This document shows, one piece after another, positions 10,348 to 20,807 of a stretch of 64,000 nucleotides of DNA. The notes beneath the pieces are model-generated. The model was not told where the DNA came from. It made no database searches and worked only from the letters and a program-made list of their open reading frames with translations. Position numbers and translations under genes: made by a program. Position 1 is the first letter of the stretch. The number at the start of each line of letters is the position of its first letter. The DNA comes from Candidatus Bathyarchaeota archaeon (GTDB lineage Archaea; Thermoproteota; Bathyarchaeia; Bathyarchaeales; Bathycorpusculaceae), in assembly GCA_963767735.1 (NCBI GenBank), contig CAVYES010000004.1, positions 416,001 through 480,000 on the forward strand, in the 5' to 3' direction.

Positions 10348-12120
10348 TTATGCCTGCGGAGACTCGCTGATCTTTTTGAGTTGGGCACGATACATTTCCA
10401 CTATTTCTTTTGATGTTGTAGCGTCTTCTGGGCTTTTGTCGGTTCTGTATTTGCCCGTGAAGCGTGGAAAGCGAATCGCCAAGCCTGCTCCTTTGCGTAT
10501 TGAATTCATGGCGCACATGTGAATGGGGCTCAGGGTGATTTCAGCACCTAAAATATCGAGCACCAGGCTTGGTTCAAACCAAACGTCCGCCTCCAACATT
10601 GACTGGACACGGGAGTTTTTGCGGGGGATCACGTGTTTCTGTAGCGTTTCATGAAGCGTGGCTAAGTCTTTGTCTGTGAAGCCAGTGCCGCATTTGGTAA
10701 CTGTTTCAAAGGTGTCTCCTTCAGCGTTGTAGGTGGCTAAAAGCAAAGCGCCGTATGCTCCTGCCCGTTTTCCTCTGCCGTGAAAAGCGCCTACCACGAC
10801 AAGGTCCACGGTGTCTGTCATTTCGCTTTTGTAGTCGCGTTTGTATTTTATCCAAAGCCAACCTCGGCTGCCTGCCTGGTAAACTGAGTCTTTGGCGACG
10901 GATTTACACATTAAACCTTCGCAGCCCTCCGCTATGGCTTCCTCAAAGAAGTCCTCAAGTTCTTTTGGGTTTTTGACTAGTTTTTGAATGGCGGGCGTTA
11001 CGCGGTCGGTTTTCTTGATTATTTTTTCAAGCTCTTTACGTCTGAGTGGCAGGGGTTCAAGGGTTAAGTCTCTGCCGTTAACATAGAGTAAGTCGAAGGG
11101 GAAAAGCGAAATCGGGTACTGCTCTATAGCTGCTTCCACGCCGTATTTGCGTCTGCGATGCATCAGCTCCTGAAATGGGCGCATATCACCCGTTTCCAAA
11201 TCCATCGCCACACATTCAGCTTCCAAAATCGCTTCTTTTGCATCTATTTTTTCTTTAATTAATTCAACCACGTCAGGATACTGACTAGAAATGTTCTCTA
11301 AACGCCGGGAAAACAGCATCACTTTGCTATCTTTCTTATGAGCCTGCACACGTTCCCCATCATACTTGTATTCAGCTGCGCATTTGCCGCCGAATTTATC
11401 TAAAATCTCTTCAGGCGAAGCTAACCGCTCTGCCAGCATGGGTCTAATAGGCTCAAAAACCACAACTTGAAACCCTTTAATTCCATCCAAACCCTTCTCC
11501 ACAACCACGTCCGCGACTCTGCCCAAATCAGAAGAAATGCTGTAGGCACGTTCAACGAGTTCTCGGGCTTCTTTTCCGCCGCCGTACGCTATTGCTAACG
11601 CGTCAAGAACCGTCATGTCCGCGATGCCTAGCCGCAGGTTGCTTGTTACGGTGCGGATTATCCATTTTGCCTCCTTTGGCGACGCGTCAGTTAAAAGACT
11701 GCAGAGAAGCGTCATTTTGGTGTCAACCGCGCCGGAACCGGAGGTTTTCGCCATTTTATCAAGCGTTTCATAAACATGCTCAACCGTAAGCTTCTTGGTG
11801 AAGAAAGTGGATTGTTTCCGCTTAGCCAAAAGCTTCTCTGACGTTTCGCCGATGTCTCCGCTCGTTTGCAGCTCAGACAGAATTACGCTTTCACTTTGTC
11901 CAGACGCTCGGGCTAACGCCTTTATCGCCAGTTTTTCGGCTATGCCCATCTCAACGCCCAAGAAGTCCGGATACAATTTGCCCTGGGTCAAATAAACAAC
12001 TTTTGCCATGACGTCTTTAGGCGTTTTCTTGAGCAAGTCAACCAGTAAATCTGTCATTTCTAACCGTTTGGTGGTTGCCTCAATTTTCTCGTATGAGTCA
12101 GCGATTATGTCGTAATTCAT
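10348..12120 (-). CDS. lig: ATP-dependent DNA ligase
   Basis: EYKYDGER motif I, EGLMCK, WIKYKRDY, IRFPRF motif VI. Confidence 0.98.
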   Translation of the reverse strand: MNYDIIADSYEKIEATTKRLEMTDLLVDLLKKTPKDVMAKVVYLTQGKLYPDFLGVEMGIAEKLAIKALARASGQSESVILSELQTSGDIGETSEKLLAKRKQSTFFTKKLTVEHVYETLDKMAKTSGSGAVDTKMTLLCSLLTDASPKEAKWIIRTVTSNLRLGIADMTVLDALAIAYGGGKEARELVERAYSISSDLGRVADVVVEKGLDGIKGFQVVVFEPIRPMLAERLASPEEILDKFGGKCAAEYKYDGERVQAHKKDSKVMLFSRRLENISSQYPDVVELIKEKIDAKEAILEAECVAMDLETGDMRPFQELMHRRRKYGVEAAIEQYPISLFPFDLLYVNGRDLTLEPLPLRRKELEKIIKKTDRVTPAIQKLVKNPKELEDFFEEAIAEGCEGLMCKSVAKDSVYQAGSRGWLWIKYKRDYKSEMTDTVDLVVVGAFHGRGKRAGAYGALLLATYNAEGDTFETVTKCGTGFTDKDLATLHETLQKHVIPRKNSRVQSMLEADVWFEPSLVLDILGAEITLSPIHMCAMNSIRKGAGLAIRFPRFTGKYRTDKSPEDATTSKEIVEMYRAQLKKISESPQA

Positions 12121-12179
12121 ATTTTCCGCTCAAAAGAAATACTGATTACAGAACTTATTAAATTAACATTTGTGAGCGT

Positions 12180-12590
12180 TTAGCTTTTGTTCAAATAGTC
12201 TTTTATCATTTTGTCATGTTCAAACGCCAATGGGTAAGGCAGTTCTTTTAGGCTGAACAGCTGGATTTCTTGGATTTCACTTTCCTGCCGTTTTATTTCT
12301 CCGCCCACTGTTTTAACAAGGAAACATGTGGGGTAATATTCGTACTCGACGTCATCCTTCACTCCCTTCTCAACGTACTCGCCTATTTTCCGAGCTATGG
12401 CTACGTCAAGGCCTGTTTCCTCTTTAATCTCGCGGACAACGGTTTGTTCAACGGTTTCGCCAGGATCCATTCTGCCGCCCGGCAAAGCCCAGTAACCTTT
12501 GAAGGGGACCGTATCCCTTTTAACAAGCAAAATACGGTTCGAAGGAAACGGTATTATTGCAGTCGCGGTTTTGCCCGTGTATTTTTTCAT
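12180..12590 (-). CDS. NUDIX hydrolase
   Basis: PGGRMDPGET.....REIKEETG Nudix box, AFEH tail. Confidence 0.92.
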   Translation of the reverse strand: MKKYTGKTATAIIPFPSNRILLVKRDTVPFKGYWALPGGRMDPGETVEQTVVREIKEETGLDVAIARKIGEYVEKGVKDDVEYEYYPTCFLVKTVGGEIKRQESEIQEIQLFSLKELPYPLAFEHDKMIKDYLNKS

Positions 12591-12684
12591 ATTTCACGCC
12601 AACTAAACTGTTAATTAATCTTTTATGCAATCGTGAGGAACGCAATAAGTTTTTTTAAAAGAAAGGGTCATTTTTTACTAAGCG

Positions 12685-14310
12685 TTAAGCCAAGCTGCTG
12701 GTTAATGCTTGGTATTCTTTGTCTGAAAGCAGCCCTTCTTGTTTTAGGTAAATTAAGCCTTTAGCTATATTATAACGGACAGATTCTGCGTTAAGGAGAT
12801 TGTTTTTTTCACCTAAATCTTGAATTTCGTTATCTAACAAGCTGTCTTGTTTAGCAAGCAGCTGGACTTTGTCAATTAAGTCTGTTATTTCTTTGAACCG
12901 CGGAATAAACAGCTCTTTGATTTTTGACTTTCCGAACGCTCCCCTGAGTTTGACAGCGAAACCGATGGAGCTTGTTATGGAGGGCGGCAGAAAAATGTAC
13001 CGTTTATTTAATCCTGCTTGATAGCAAGCCACATAAAAAGGTACATAAAATAACGCTGGGCTCTTCAACTGGGGTTCCCTAATTCCTAGCATTTCAAACT
13101 TGGCGTTAACTGCTTCGCCCACTTTGATAACGCTATTAAGACCTTCTATTACAGGTTTTTCTTGTTTAAGCAATTTTTCGGTTTTCTGTTTAACAACAAG
13201 CACTTTAGCGCCGCGGGCTGCTTCAAGGTCAAGCAATGGCTGGCGCGCTAATTTAATTTCAGTTTCAAGTTCAAGTTTTAATTCGGATGTTTTTTTGGTT
13301 TTTTGTATGTTTAGGTTTTTGATGCTGTTTTCTAGCCGTTTTAGTTCTTTCTTTAGTCCATCCAGTTCTTTTTTGGTTTGACGGCTTTTTTCTTTCCATG
13401 ATTTTTCATAAATTAAATGGTTCTTTTGAGCTTGAGTTTTTGCTTCTCGATTGTAAAGCCTGATTTTTTCTTCGTTGTCGCCTATGAATTTTATTGTTTT
13501 TGCTTTCAGTTTTTCAAGGCTTTCAAGTTCTTCATCAAAGCTTCTGGTCACCTTTGCTATTTGATGTTTGTATTCGCTGTTTAGTTTGGTGATTTGGGGT
13601 TTTACAAATTCTTCTTGAGCTTTGATTTTAGCGTTCGCCTCGTCCCTTACTGCTTCTGCTTCATAATCCAGTTCCGTCATATATTGGCTGGTTGTTTTGT
13701 TGACAAGTCGTAGGCACTCTGAAAGCCTCTGAGAGTCTTCCCTGAGGGCCGATTGTAACTTTCCAATTTCAGTTACCATAGACGAAATCGTTGCTTCTTC
13801 CAACATGGGCGTAAGAGGCGCTAACTTTGCAGGTTGAGCGGTTACGTCCACGGCTTCTTTGCGGTAAACGCCGAATTCTTTTTTAAAATCCGCACCTGCG
13901 ATTAAGCCTCGCATTATGAATTCTTTCTCTTTCTTGGTCTGAAGAAAATAATTGCCATGGTCAGACAGAAAAGCCATGTAGTCTTCATTTGTTTTCGAGT
14001 TTTTCTCAAGGCTCTCCATGAAAGGTTTAGCGGGAGGCAATTCAAAATAAACCACGCTGAGCGTAGAATCGTTTAATCCATCAAAGATGAATGCGGTTTC
14101 GTTGCTGGGATACAGCCACAGTGGATAACCTATTTTGGCTATGAAAAGAAGTTTTTCTTCAGGCTGCTTTACGATTAAGCCGCCGCCTTTAGATCTCTCA
14201 AGCTCTGAAACCGCATAAACGGTTGCTGCCTCAACATCAAACCTAAAGGCATCCCTACTTTTCCATGGTGAAAAGGGCAAAATGAACCGTTTAACTGCAG
14301 CGTTTAACAT
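12685..14310 (-). CDS. Hypothetical protein with long central coiled coil
   Basis: 541 aa, K/E/L heptads flanked by globular parts (IGYPLW, FYVPFY). Confidence 0.75.
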   Translation of the reverse strand: MLNAAVKRFILPFSPWKSRDAFRFDVEAATVYAVSELERSKGGGLIVKQPEEKLLFIAKIGYPLWLYPSNETAFIFDGLNDSTLSVVYFELPPAKPFMESLEKNSKTNEDYMAFLSDHGNYFLQTKKEKEFIMRGLIAGADFKKEFGVYRKEAVDVTAQPAKLAPLTPMLEEATISSMVTEIGKLQSALREDSQRLSECLRLVNKTTSQYMTELDYEAEAVRDEANAKIKAQEEFVKPQITKLNSEYKHQIAKVTRSFDEELESLEKLKAKTIKFIGDNEEKIRLYNREAKTQAQKNHLIYEKSWKEKSRQTKKELDGLKKELKRLENSIKNLNIQKTKKTSELKLELETEIKLARQPLLDLEAARGAKVLVVKQKTEKLLKQEKPVIEGLNSVIKVGEAVNAKFEMLGIREPQLKSPALFYVPFYVACYQAGLNKRYIFLPPSITSSIGFAVKLRGAFGKSKIKELFIPRFKEITDLIDKVQLLAKQDSLLDNEIQDLGEKNNLLNAESVRYNIAKGLIYLKQEGLLSDKEYQALTSSLA

Positions 14311-14359
14311 GAGCGTCAGTTCAGAGTATAAGAAGTTGCTTTTTAAAATTATTGCCTAC

Positions 14360-15700
14360 TTAACCTCGAAAGAAGTCTGATATTTTCTTTTGGAACAGCG
14401 CCCGCTTTAACAGTTCACTTTGCAGTATCCATCTTTGAATCGGAATCTCGAATCGTCCACCGATGAACTGCAGGGATTCAGCGAGACTTTTGAAAAGATA
14501 AGGTTTTTGCCGCATCGCGTTTCTCACATTTTCTCTTACTTGCCAGACGCCGATGGGCATTATGTATCCTGGTCTTGCTTCCCTTAGTACAACGGCGGTA
14601 GCTTGACGCTGCTCCTTGACTAATTGCTCGCAAACAGCCAGACGAGCTGAGTAGTAGCAGCCGCCTATCTGAGCATAAGTGGTTCTTCCACCGTTGCCTT
14701 CCCAATCAGAAAAAATCGCGATGCTTTTTCCATTAGGATTCCAAACGGTGCCTGGATACCAAGCTTCCATCGACTCGTAACTCCACTGTTGTGGAATCAT
14801 TAAAATCTCAAAAACGTTATCGAGGTAGATTGACTCGTAAACCCTGTACTCGTTGATTTCGGGAAAAGTTTTTACTTTTTCTCTGAGGCTTTTGGAGATG
14901 GTGTCGTCAACTGCTGTTATGCTCCAGCGTGTGGGAACTAAGCGTCTGTTTTTTTCCACTCCGAAAGCGCCGACGCTGAAGGCTTTTTGAATTTTTGTTA
15001 CCATGACGCCTCGATTGTAGAGTTCCAACACTGCGTTTTTAGCCTTCAAATCCGTGTCGTAATACGCCTTCTCTATCTTATCATCGTACCGCGCGTTGCC
15101 GACATGGAGGTCTCGAATGGGCGCTGAAGGACCAAACGGCTGGATATTGTCATCCATGAAAATTGAGCCACGCGGTTTTTTTGTAAGGTTCAATTCGATG
15201 TCTACACAGCTGTCTGCAAGGGCTAACTCGCGTGTTTGATCCAGTATTTTTCCTGCATCCATAAACTTATGCACGTTCACTCGATGTTTCCCACGTACAA
15301 GCATGCTTCGGAAACCAACAATTTCATCCATCGATTTCCCAAACCAATGTTCAGGCAAATCGTAAATGCTTGTATCCTCATGTATGGGGGGAACGAGTGG
15401 ACCCGCATAAACGTTGGGGTAGCCGATTCGTCCGATGAAAACGCTTGGCGGAGACATACCGTTGATGTCTTCACTTGCCATCAGCGGCACACTTTTGAGG
15501 AAATAGTTAACTTTAACCATTATGGGGCAACGGGTTTTGCCGCATAGAAACCTGGCGCCCTTGCACAAGACACATAAGCTGTCTTCTGTGGCTCGGGCAA
15601 CAATTTGGGTATTATCAGATAGGTTGCTGCCTTTTAGAATGTCTTTTAACCAGTTATCAGAAGCACGAATACTTTGAGGAGGTTTCGAAGTAAGAGTCAT
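14360..15700 (-). CDS. nre: Nre family PCNA-interacting DNA repair protein
   Basis: C..CKG.R.LCG..RCP, SPPSVFIGR.GYP, LVPTRWSITAVD, GGCYY, GVWQVRE; C-terminal PIP box QKKISDFF. Confidence 0.95.
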   Translation of the reverse strand: MTLTSKPPQSIRASDNWLKDILKGSNLSDNTQIVARATEDSLCVLCKGARFLCGKTRCPIMVKVNYFLKSVPLMASEDINGMSPPSVFIGRIGYPNVYAGPLVPPIHEDTSIYDLPEHWFGKSMDEIVGFRSMLVRGKHRVNVHKFMDAGKILDQTRELALADSCVDIELNLTKKPRGSIFMDDNIQPFGPSAPIRDLHVGNARYDDKIEKAYYDTDLKAKNAVLELYNRGVMVTKIQKAFSVGAFGVEKNRRLVPTRWSITAVDDTISKSLREKVKTFPEINEYRVYESIYLDNVFEILMIPQQWSYESMEAWYPGTVWNPNGKSIAIFSDWEGNGGRTTYAQIGGCYYSARLAVCEQLVKEQRQATAVVLREARPGYIMPIGVWQVRENVRNAMRQKPYLFKSLAESLQFIGGRFEIPIQRWILQSELLKRALFQKKISDFFRG

Positions 15701-15784
15701 TTATACTTTCAAGATGATTGCATCAGCTTGATATGTTTTCCGCAAAACTAAGACAAAAAAACTCGCGTTTTCCTGAAGCTATTT

Positions 15785-16363
15785 TCACTTAACACTATTT
15801 AGCAATCGCCACTTTCTTACTGCCCTCCAAATAGGCGGCGGCAACATGAACTTAATAAAATCCGCTGTTCTCCAAAGCCCAAAAAAACCCGGAGGTGCGA
15901 TGCCAGCATCAATAATTTTTAAGTTACCATTCACGCTTCTAATGTTATCGCAGGTTATATCTAGCAACCCGTACTCGTAGGCTAGTGCTCTAAGTTGCAT
16001 CAGGTCTTGTGCTGAAACATCTGTTTCCACACCGTACTCCTGCAAAAGACAATATTTAGTGTGCCAGAAAATCCGTGCAAAATAAACATGCCTTAAGCTT
16101 GAGGGCATCTGCTTGTACGCTTTATGGTCCAGTTCTATTGCTTCGGATTTCCCAACCTTTAACACCAAATCATGGCTCTTATGCCTTAAACAGAAAACTA
16201 GCTTATGCAAACCAAAATTGCTCACCCGAGCGTCAGGAAAAATCGTTAACCCAATTTGCTCCAGATTTCTCATCGGGACAAAACTGCTATTTTCTTTTTT
16301 TATGTAGTCATCTATTGAATCGTCTAGAAGCTTCGCATTTTCATCCAATGATTTGAATTTCAC
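15785..16363 (-). CDS. Small protein-kinase-like fold protein
   Basis: G.HKLV, LVLKVG (VAIK-like), LLDI..DNI (catalytic-loop-like), IIDAG (DFG-like). Confidence 0.55.
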   Translation of the reverse strand: MKFKSLDENAKLLDDSIDDYIKKENSSFVPMRNLEQIGLTIFPDARVSNFGLHKLVFCLRHKSHDLVLKVGKSEAIELDHKAYKQMPSSLRHVYFARIFWHTKYCLLQEYGVETDVSAQDLMQLRALAYEYGLLDITCDNIRSVNGNLKIIDAGIAPPGFFGLWRTADFIKFMLPPPIWRAVRKWRLLNSVK

Positions 16364-16601
16364 ATGTAAAGAACAGTCTTTTCAGGTAGTTTTAGATTTG
16401 TGACTGCCCAAACACAGCAACAATAGTCAAATCTGCAACCTTTTAGGAACTTTTACTTGGCTGCAGCGCACGAAATGCGCAAAACATTTAATTGCAAATT
16501 GGAAAGCTTCATTGACTCTTCGCTATTGAATGACTAGAGAACCAATAACAAAAATCTTATAATGCTTTAGCTCTAAAGAACTAGACGGTGCTAATATTCA
16601 C

Positions 16602-17315
16602 ATGAATAGATTTCGTGTGGTAGCCGCATTGGTTTGCATAATTTTTCTTTTCAGTTTATTTTTGATTCCGTTTGCGAACGCTGACTGGAACATGTTCCTC
16701 TCAGATCCTTCCCACAGCGGCGCAGGAACAGGCAAACCGATACTTACTCCTACACTGCTCTGGAATTACACTACTGGCAACATGGTTGCGTCATCTCCTG
16801 CTATCGTAAAAGGAGTAGTCTACATCGGCTCCGATGACAACAACCTTTATGCTTTCAACGCGGCAACAGGCGCAAAAATCTGGAACTACACTACCAGCCT
16901 CTACGTTGGGGCCTCTCCTGCTGTTGTCGACGGAATCGTCTACATAGGTTCCTATGACCACAACATTTATGCTTTGAACGCCACTAACGGCGCAAAAATC
17001 TGGAACTACACCACCAACGGCCAAGTTGCTTCGTCTCCAGCCGTCGTCAACGGCGTACTCTACATAGGGTCCTTTGACGGCAACATTTATGCTTTGGGTT
17101 CACCTACGCTGCCTCCTTCGTCCACGTCATCTGAAACTTTGTTCATTGCAATCGGGGTTGTAGTAGCCGTCGTTATTGTTGCTGCAGTGGTTTTCTTAAT
17201 GTTCAAAAAGAGATTGAAGACTAAGCTGACAAATTCGCCGTCTCAAACCCATAACTCTACTTCTGATTCCTGTCCAAATATCCTAAAAGTAGCTCTTGAA
17301 TTGGCAGCCAGATAG
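16602..17315 (+). CDS. Membrane-anchored PQQ-repeat (BamB-like) beta-propeller protein, 3 repeats
   Basis: Signal peptide, W.MF..D..HSG, three 40-aa 'W.YTT...V.SSPA.V.GVVYIGS.D..YA' repeats, C-terminal TM. Confidence 0.88.
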   Translation: MNRFRVVAALVCIIFLFSLFLIPFANADWNMFLSDPSHSGAGTGKPILTPTLLWNYTTGNMVASSPAIVKGVVYIGSDDNNLYAFNAATGAKIWNYTTSLYVGASPAVVDGIVYIGSYDHNIYALNATNGAKIWNYTTNGQVASSPAVVNGVLYIGSFDGNIYALGSPTLPPSSTSSETLFIAIGVVVAVVIVAAVVFLMFKKRLKTKLTNSPSQTHNSTSDSCPNILKVALELAAR

Positions 17316-17416
17316 TAGTTGCAGTAATGTGCTGCTTTTTTTGTGGGCAGCGTCGTCTATGTCGGCTTTATGAATTCAGCGTTTTTGCTTTGGTGCTTCA
17401 CTGTTTCTTGTCAAAA

Positions 17417-18592
17417 TCACTCTAATCCGTAGTAGTCAGCTACTGCTTTGAATGATGCTTTGGGTTCCCAAGGCATATCAGGATAGGTGTCTCCATGCCT
17501 ACCGACTTCTCCTCCTATAAGTTTAGCTGAAACCTCGGGAGCTAAATCTAGCCCCAAAAGCTGTTTTGCTCCTGTTGCAGCCTGGGATATTATTTCGTTA
17601 ACGGTATCTTTCTCTGGGTAGCTTTTCAGTAGGCTGTAGCTGCCCATGTCGCTGTCGAATCTTGGATCTTGGTTGTAGGTTGACGTAGGGGAGACAAACG
17701 TGAAAACAAATGCGCCCTCAATGCCAACGGCGTCAAGTGCAGCGAGCTGTTCAGTAACTTCGCGTGCCTGCAAATCTTCATCGCGAATGAAATGACCATC
17801 AACCTTCGGGATAATGCTGATCGCGTCAACGATTCCTTTGGGCAGAACGTCCTTCAGGTTGAGGTAGTCAGCCATCATGCCGACTGTGACGATGAAGCCG
17901 TTCCCTCCAAGCATTTCCGCTCCACGGTATGTGCAGCAGCCGAATTCGCCTATCATAACAGGTTTACCGAACGTTGTGTATCCCTTGACCATTTTACCGT
18001 ACACATCCTTAATTCGGGCGTCCCGATAGAAATCGACTCCCACAAAATCAAATGGGCTCCAATCCACCGTTTCAATCGGCACCGAGAAATACGTTACTTC
18101 GCCCCTAAACGTTTTCCGCACAACGGCGTTCGCATTCGAAAGGAACTCGTTAAGCGGCTTGTTATGCTTGCCCGCTTTAATGTTTCCCCAAAAAGATGGA
18201 TTATTCATCCGCTGAAAGACGTTGTCGCCTTCAACGATGCCTTGCATAAAAAGAGTTGCCTCTGAACCAACGCTGAACTTTACTTTTCCAGGAAACTGTT
18301 GGCGCAAAGTCTCTGCCGCAGAAGCCGCGTCTGCAAGGTACTGAAGTGTTTCTTCGGGGGTTCTGTCCCACATTTCAGGCGAAAACCACACTTCCAACCC
18401 CTGCTTCAACGCATCTTCGCTGGCGACTTTGAGTCGTTCAATGTCTAAGCCGCAAATTCTGACGGCATTACAATTCAGGTCATTTTTTATTATTTCGAGT
18501 TCTCGGTGCACGATGTGAGGATCAAATTTGGGGCGCCAATTACTGCCCATCATTACTCGTCCAACATCATAACAGATACCTTTTCGCTTCAC
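17417..18592 (-). CDS. TIM-barrel glycoside-hydrolase-like protein (clan GH-A-like)
   Basis: KGI.YD, NAVRI.G, GLEVWFSP, VGSE and IGEFGC candidate catalytic Glu pair. Confidence 0.65.
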   Translation of the reverse strand: MKRKGICYDVGRVMMGSNWRPKFDPHIVHRELEIIKNDLNCNAVRICGLDIERLKVASEDALKQGLEVWFSPEMWDRTPEETLQYLADAASAAETLRQQFPGKVKFSVGSEATLFMQGIVEGDNVFQRMNNPSFWGNIKAGKHNKPLNEFLSNANAVVRKTFRGEVTYFSVPIETVDWSPFDFVGVDFYRDARIKDVYGKMVKGYTTFGKPVMIGEFGCCTYRGAEMLGGNGFIVTVGMMADYLNLKDVLPKGIVDAISIIPKVDGHFIRDEDLQAREVTEQLAALDAVGIEGAFVFTFVSPTSTYNQDPRFDSDMGSYSLLKSYPEKDTVNEIISQAATGAKQLLGLDLAPEVSAKLIGGEVGRHGDTYPDMPWEPKASFKAVADYYGLE

Positions 18593-18594
18593 CT

Positions 18595-19215
18595 TTAATT
18601 CGCGCCCCCTTCTTGGTCGGGTTTGAGCATTCGTAGGATAATTTTTGTTTCAGGAAAATGTTTTTGGGCATCATTTGGGTCAAGCATAGTTGCTCTCTTC
18701 ATCAATCCATTAATGCATGCCATTAAAGCAACCATCAGTTGGTCAGGGTCATCCTTTGCGATTTCGCCTGTTGCCTGACCTTCGACTAGTAGTTCACGCA
18801 TGATGTTTTGAATAATCTTGCCATTTCTTTGAACAAGCTGCCGAAGCTCGTTAGGCGTCGTGTCATCCTCTAAAGCCTGACTAAAGATCTGAGAAAAGCC
18901 AGGGTTTCGTCTGTTATTGTCCAGTATGTATGAAACTAAAAGCATAAAGCGGGTTCCTGGTGAGCCTTGAATTTGCTTGATGCGTTCGGTTGGTCCGCCG
19001 CTGGATTCTGTTGCTTGCTTTATCAATGTGGTGAAGATTTCTTCTTTGCTTTCGAAGTACCGGTAGGCTAATCCTTGGCTGACTCCTGCTTCGGAGGCTA
19101 CATCTGCCATTGTGGCGTTATTGCCTTTCCTTGCAAAGACGTTTGCAGCCGCAGAAAGGATTTTAGCGCGTTGTTCTTCGCGTATCTGTTGGTTTGCTTC
19201 TTCTGTTTTTGGCAT
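18595..19215 (-). CDS. TetR/AcrR family regulator
   Basis: ILSAAANVFARKG..ATMADVA..AGVSQGLAYRYFESKEE HTH. Confidence 0.93.
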   Translation of the reverse strand: MPKTEEANQQIREEQRAKILSAAANVFARKGNNATMADVASEAGVSQGLAYRYFESKEEIFTTLIKQATESSGGPTERIKQIQGSPGTRFMLLVSYILDNNRRNPGFSQIFSQALEDDTTPNELRQLVQRNGKIIQNIMRELLVEGQATGEIAKDDPDQLMVALMACINGLMKRATMLDPNDAQKHFPETKIILRMLKPDQEGGAN

Positions 19216-19233
19216 ACGCTTTGACCTTAGAAA

Positions 19234-19252
19234 TGAATGAATGATTCATTCA
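19234..19252. promoter_or_regulatory. Probable TetR operator TGAATGAA-N3-TTCATTCA
   Basis: Perfect 8-bp inverted repeat between minus-strand TATA (TTAATA, 19255-19260) and the tetR start. Confidence 0.7.
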
Positions 19253-19314
19253 CCTATTAAGGTATCTGTTTTTCCTATAACAAACCACACAAAATATTGG
19301 TCACAGATTTTAAA

Positions 19315-19593
19315 CTATGTTGGGTAAACCCAATGTACACTTCTATAATGAGTTGTTCCCCAAATCACCCACATCAAACCGATAAGTAACCCTGCAATGG
19401 CCAACGAGACTATCGTCACGATCACATTCTGAAAAAAACTGAAGCCTCTCGACCAGAAGAGTGCGTAGACCAGGATGAAGACAAGCCATGCCAACACTCC
19501 GATAAACGTAAAAACGACAGGTGCGAATGGATTTCTGTGATTCCATTCAGGTGGAGAAGTTTCGGTGCTGTAGACATGATTTGTCAATTTCAT
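19315..19593 (-). CDS. Small two-TM membrane protein
   Basis: Two hydrophobic helices; AGGTGA RBS-like sequence directly upstream. Confidence 0.7.
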   Translation of the reverse strand: MKLTNHVYSTETSPPEWNHRNPFAPVVFTFIGVLAWLVFILVYALFWSRGFSFFQNVIVTIVSLAIAGLLIGLMWVIWGTTHYRSVHWVYPT

Positions 19594-19659
19594 TCACCTT
19601 TAAGGGTACATTTCAATTTTTCGCCATATAAAATCTTCGTTTGTGGGTCTTCGATTCAG

Positions 19660-20661
19660 TTATGATGATTCTGCTGGCTTTAATGTCTCAAGGGCTTTTT
19701 CTGCCCATTGATAGTCTCTCCAGAACGCTCTGCCTACTGCTATCAAGTCAACTTTCCCCTCTCTTACCAGCTTATCCGCGTATTCCGCCTCTTTGATTCC
19801 TCCCACACCAATAATGGGGACGCTAACTGCCTTTTTGATTTCGCTTGCCTGTGGAACAAAATAGCCTCTCACTTGACGGAGTTGCCTTGGTTCGCTTCCA
19901 CACATGCCTCCGGACACATCAATAATGTCTACACCTGACTGTTCAAGTTTCTTGGCGAAAGCAATGGAATCTTCGATGTGCGTTCCATTTGGAGCCAAAT
20001 CATCCGAGCCTAACCTATAGAGCAGCAGCTTGCCCTTGAGGCATTCACGTACCTTTGCCACCGCCAACAGGGGAAACCGCATCCGATTCTCCAAAGAGCC
20101 GCCGTACTCATCCATACGCTTGTTAAACAGAGGCGAGTAGAACTGGTTAAGCAAGTAGCCATGTGCTCCATGAAGCTCAACGCCGTCGAAACCCGCTTTA
20201 ACAGCTCGTTGGGCCGCCAAAGCAAAATCGTTGGCCAATGCTTCAATTTCACTGACTTCAAGCATACGCGTCTTTTCTCTCGTAGAGGGTCCAACTGGTT
20301 CTGTGCCGATGACTTTTCTATTTGTAACTCCGCCTGCATGAGATAGCTGTACAACCGCGGGTGCGCCAACCTCGTGTAACCGCTTTGCCAGCTTCTCGAA
20401 ACCACTAATTAACGAGTCATCATAGATTCCAAGTTGCTTAGGGCCTATCTTTCCAGTCAGCGAAACATAGGCGTGCTCAACAATGGGTAAACCTAACGCT
20501 GAGGAACGTCGCACATAAAAGTTAATCAGCTTGTTGGTTACCGCGCCTTCAAACGTTGCCCTTCCAGTCTGCATAGGCGGCATAACAATGCGGTTTCTAA
20601 GAGTTACTCCCCTCACTCCCAAAGGATCAGTTAAACTTGGCAAACACTGACACCGTTGCAA
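19660..20661 (-). CDS. NADH:flavin oxidoreductase (Old Yellow Enzyme family)
   Basis: LRNRIVMPPM, QLSHAG, AGFDGVELHGAHGYLL.QF, YGGSLENRMRF, VGGI, VGRA; true start may be slightly downstream. Confidence 0.95.
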   Translation of the reverse strand: MQRCQCLPSLTDPLGVRGVTLRNRIVMPPMQTGRATFEGAVTNKLINFYVRRSSALGLPIVEHAYVSLTGKIGPKQLGIYDDSLISGFEKLAKRLHEVGAPAVVQLSHAGGVTNRKVIGTEPVGPSTREKTRMLEVSEIEALANDFALAAQRAVKAGFDGVELHGAHGYLLNQFYSPLFNKRMDEYGGSLENRMRFPLLAVAKVRECLKGKLLLYRLGSDDLAPNGTHIEDSIAFAKKLEQSGVDIIDVSGGMCGSEPRQLRQVRGYFVPQASEIKKAVSVPIIGVGGIKEAEYADKLVREGKVDLIAVGRAFWRDYQWAEKALETLKPAESS

Positions 20662-20807
20662 TGAATGGGTGATAAGGCGTTATAATAACTTATCAATCGG
20701 TTGACTGCAACTACTGGCTGAGGTGAAAATGATAGGAAACATTTGTTGTTCTCAGTTGAGACAACAAGATTTCATATAGTATAACAGCATTAATAAAAGT
20801 TGATTTC

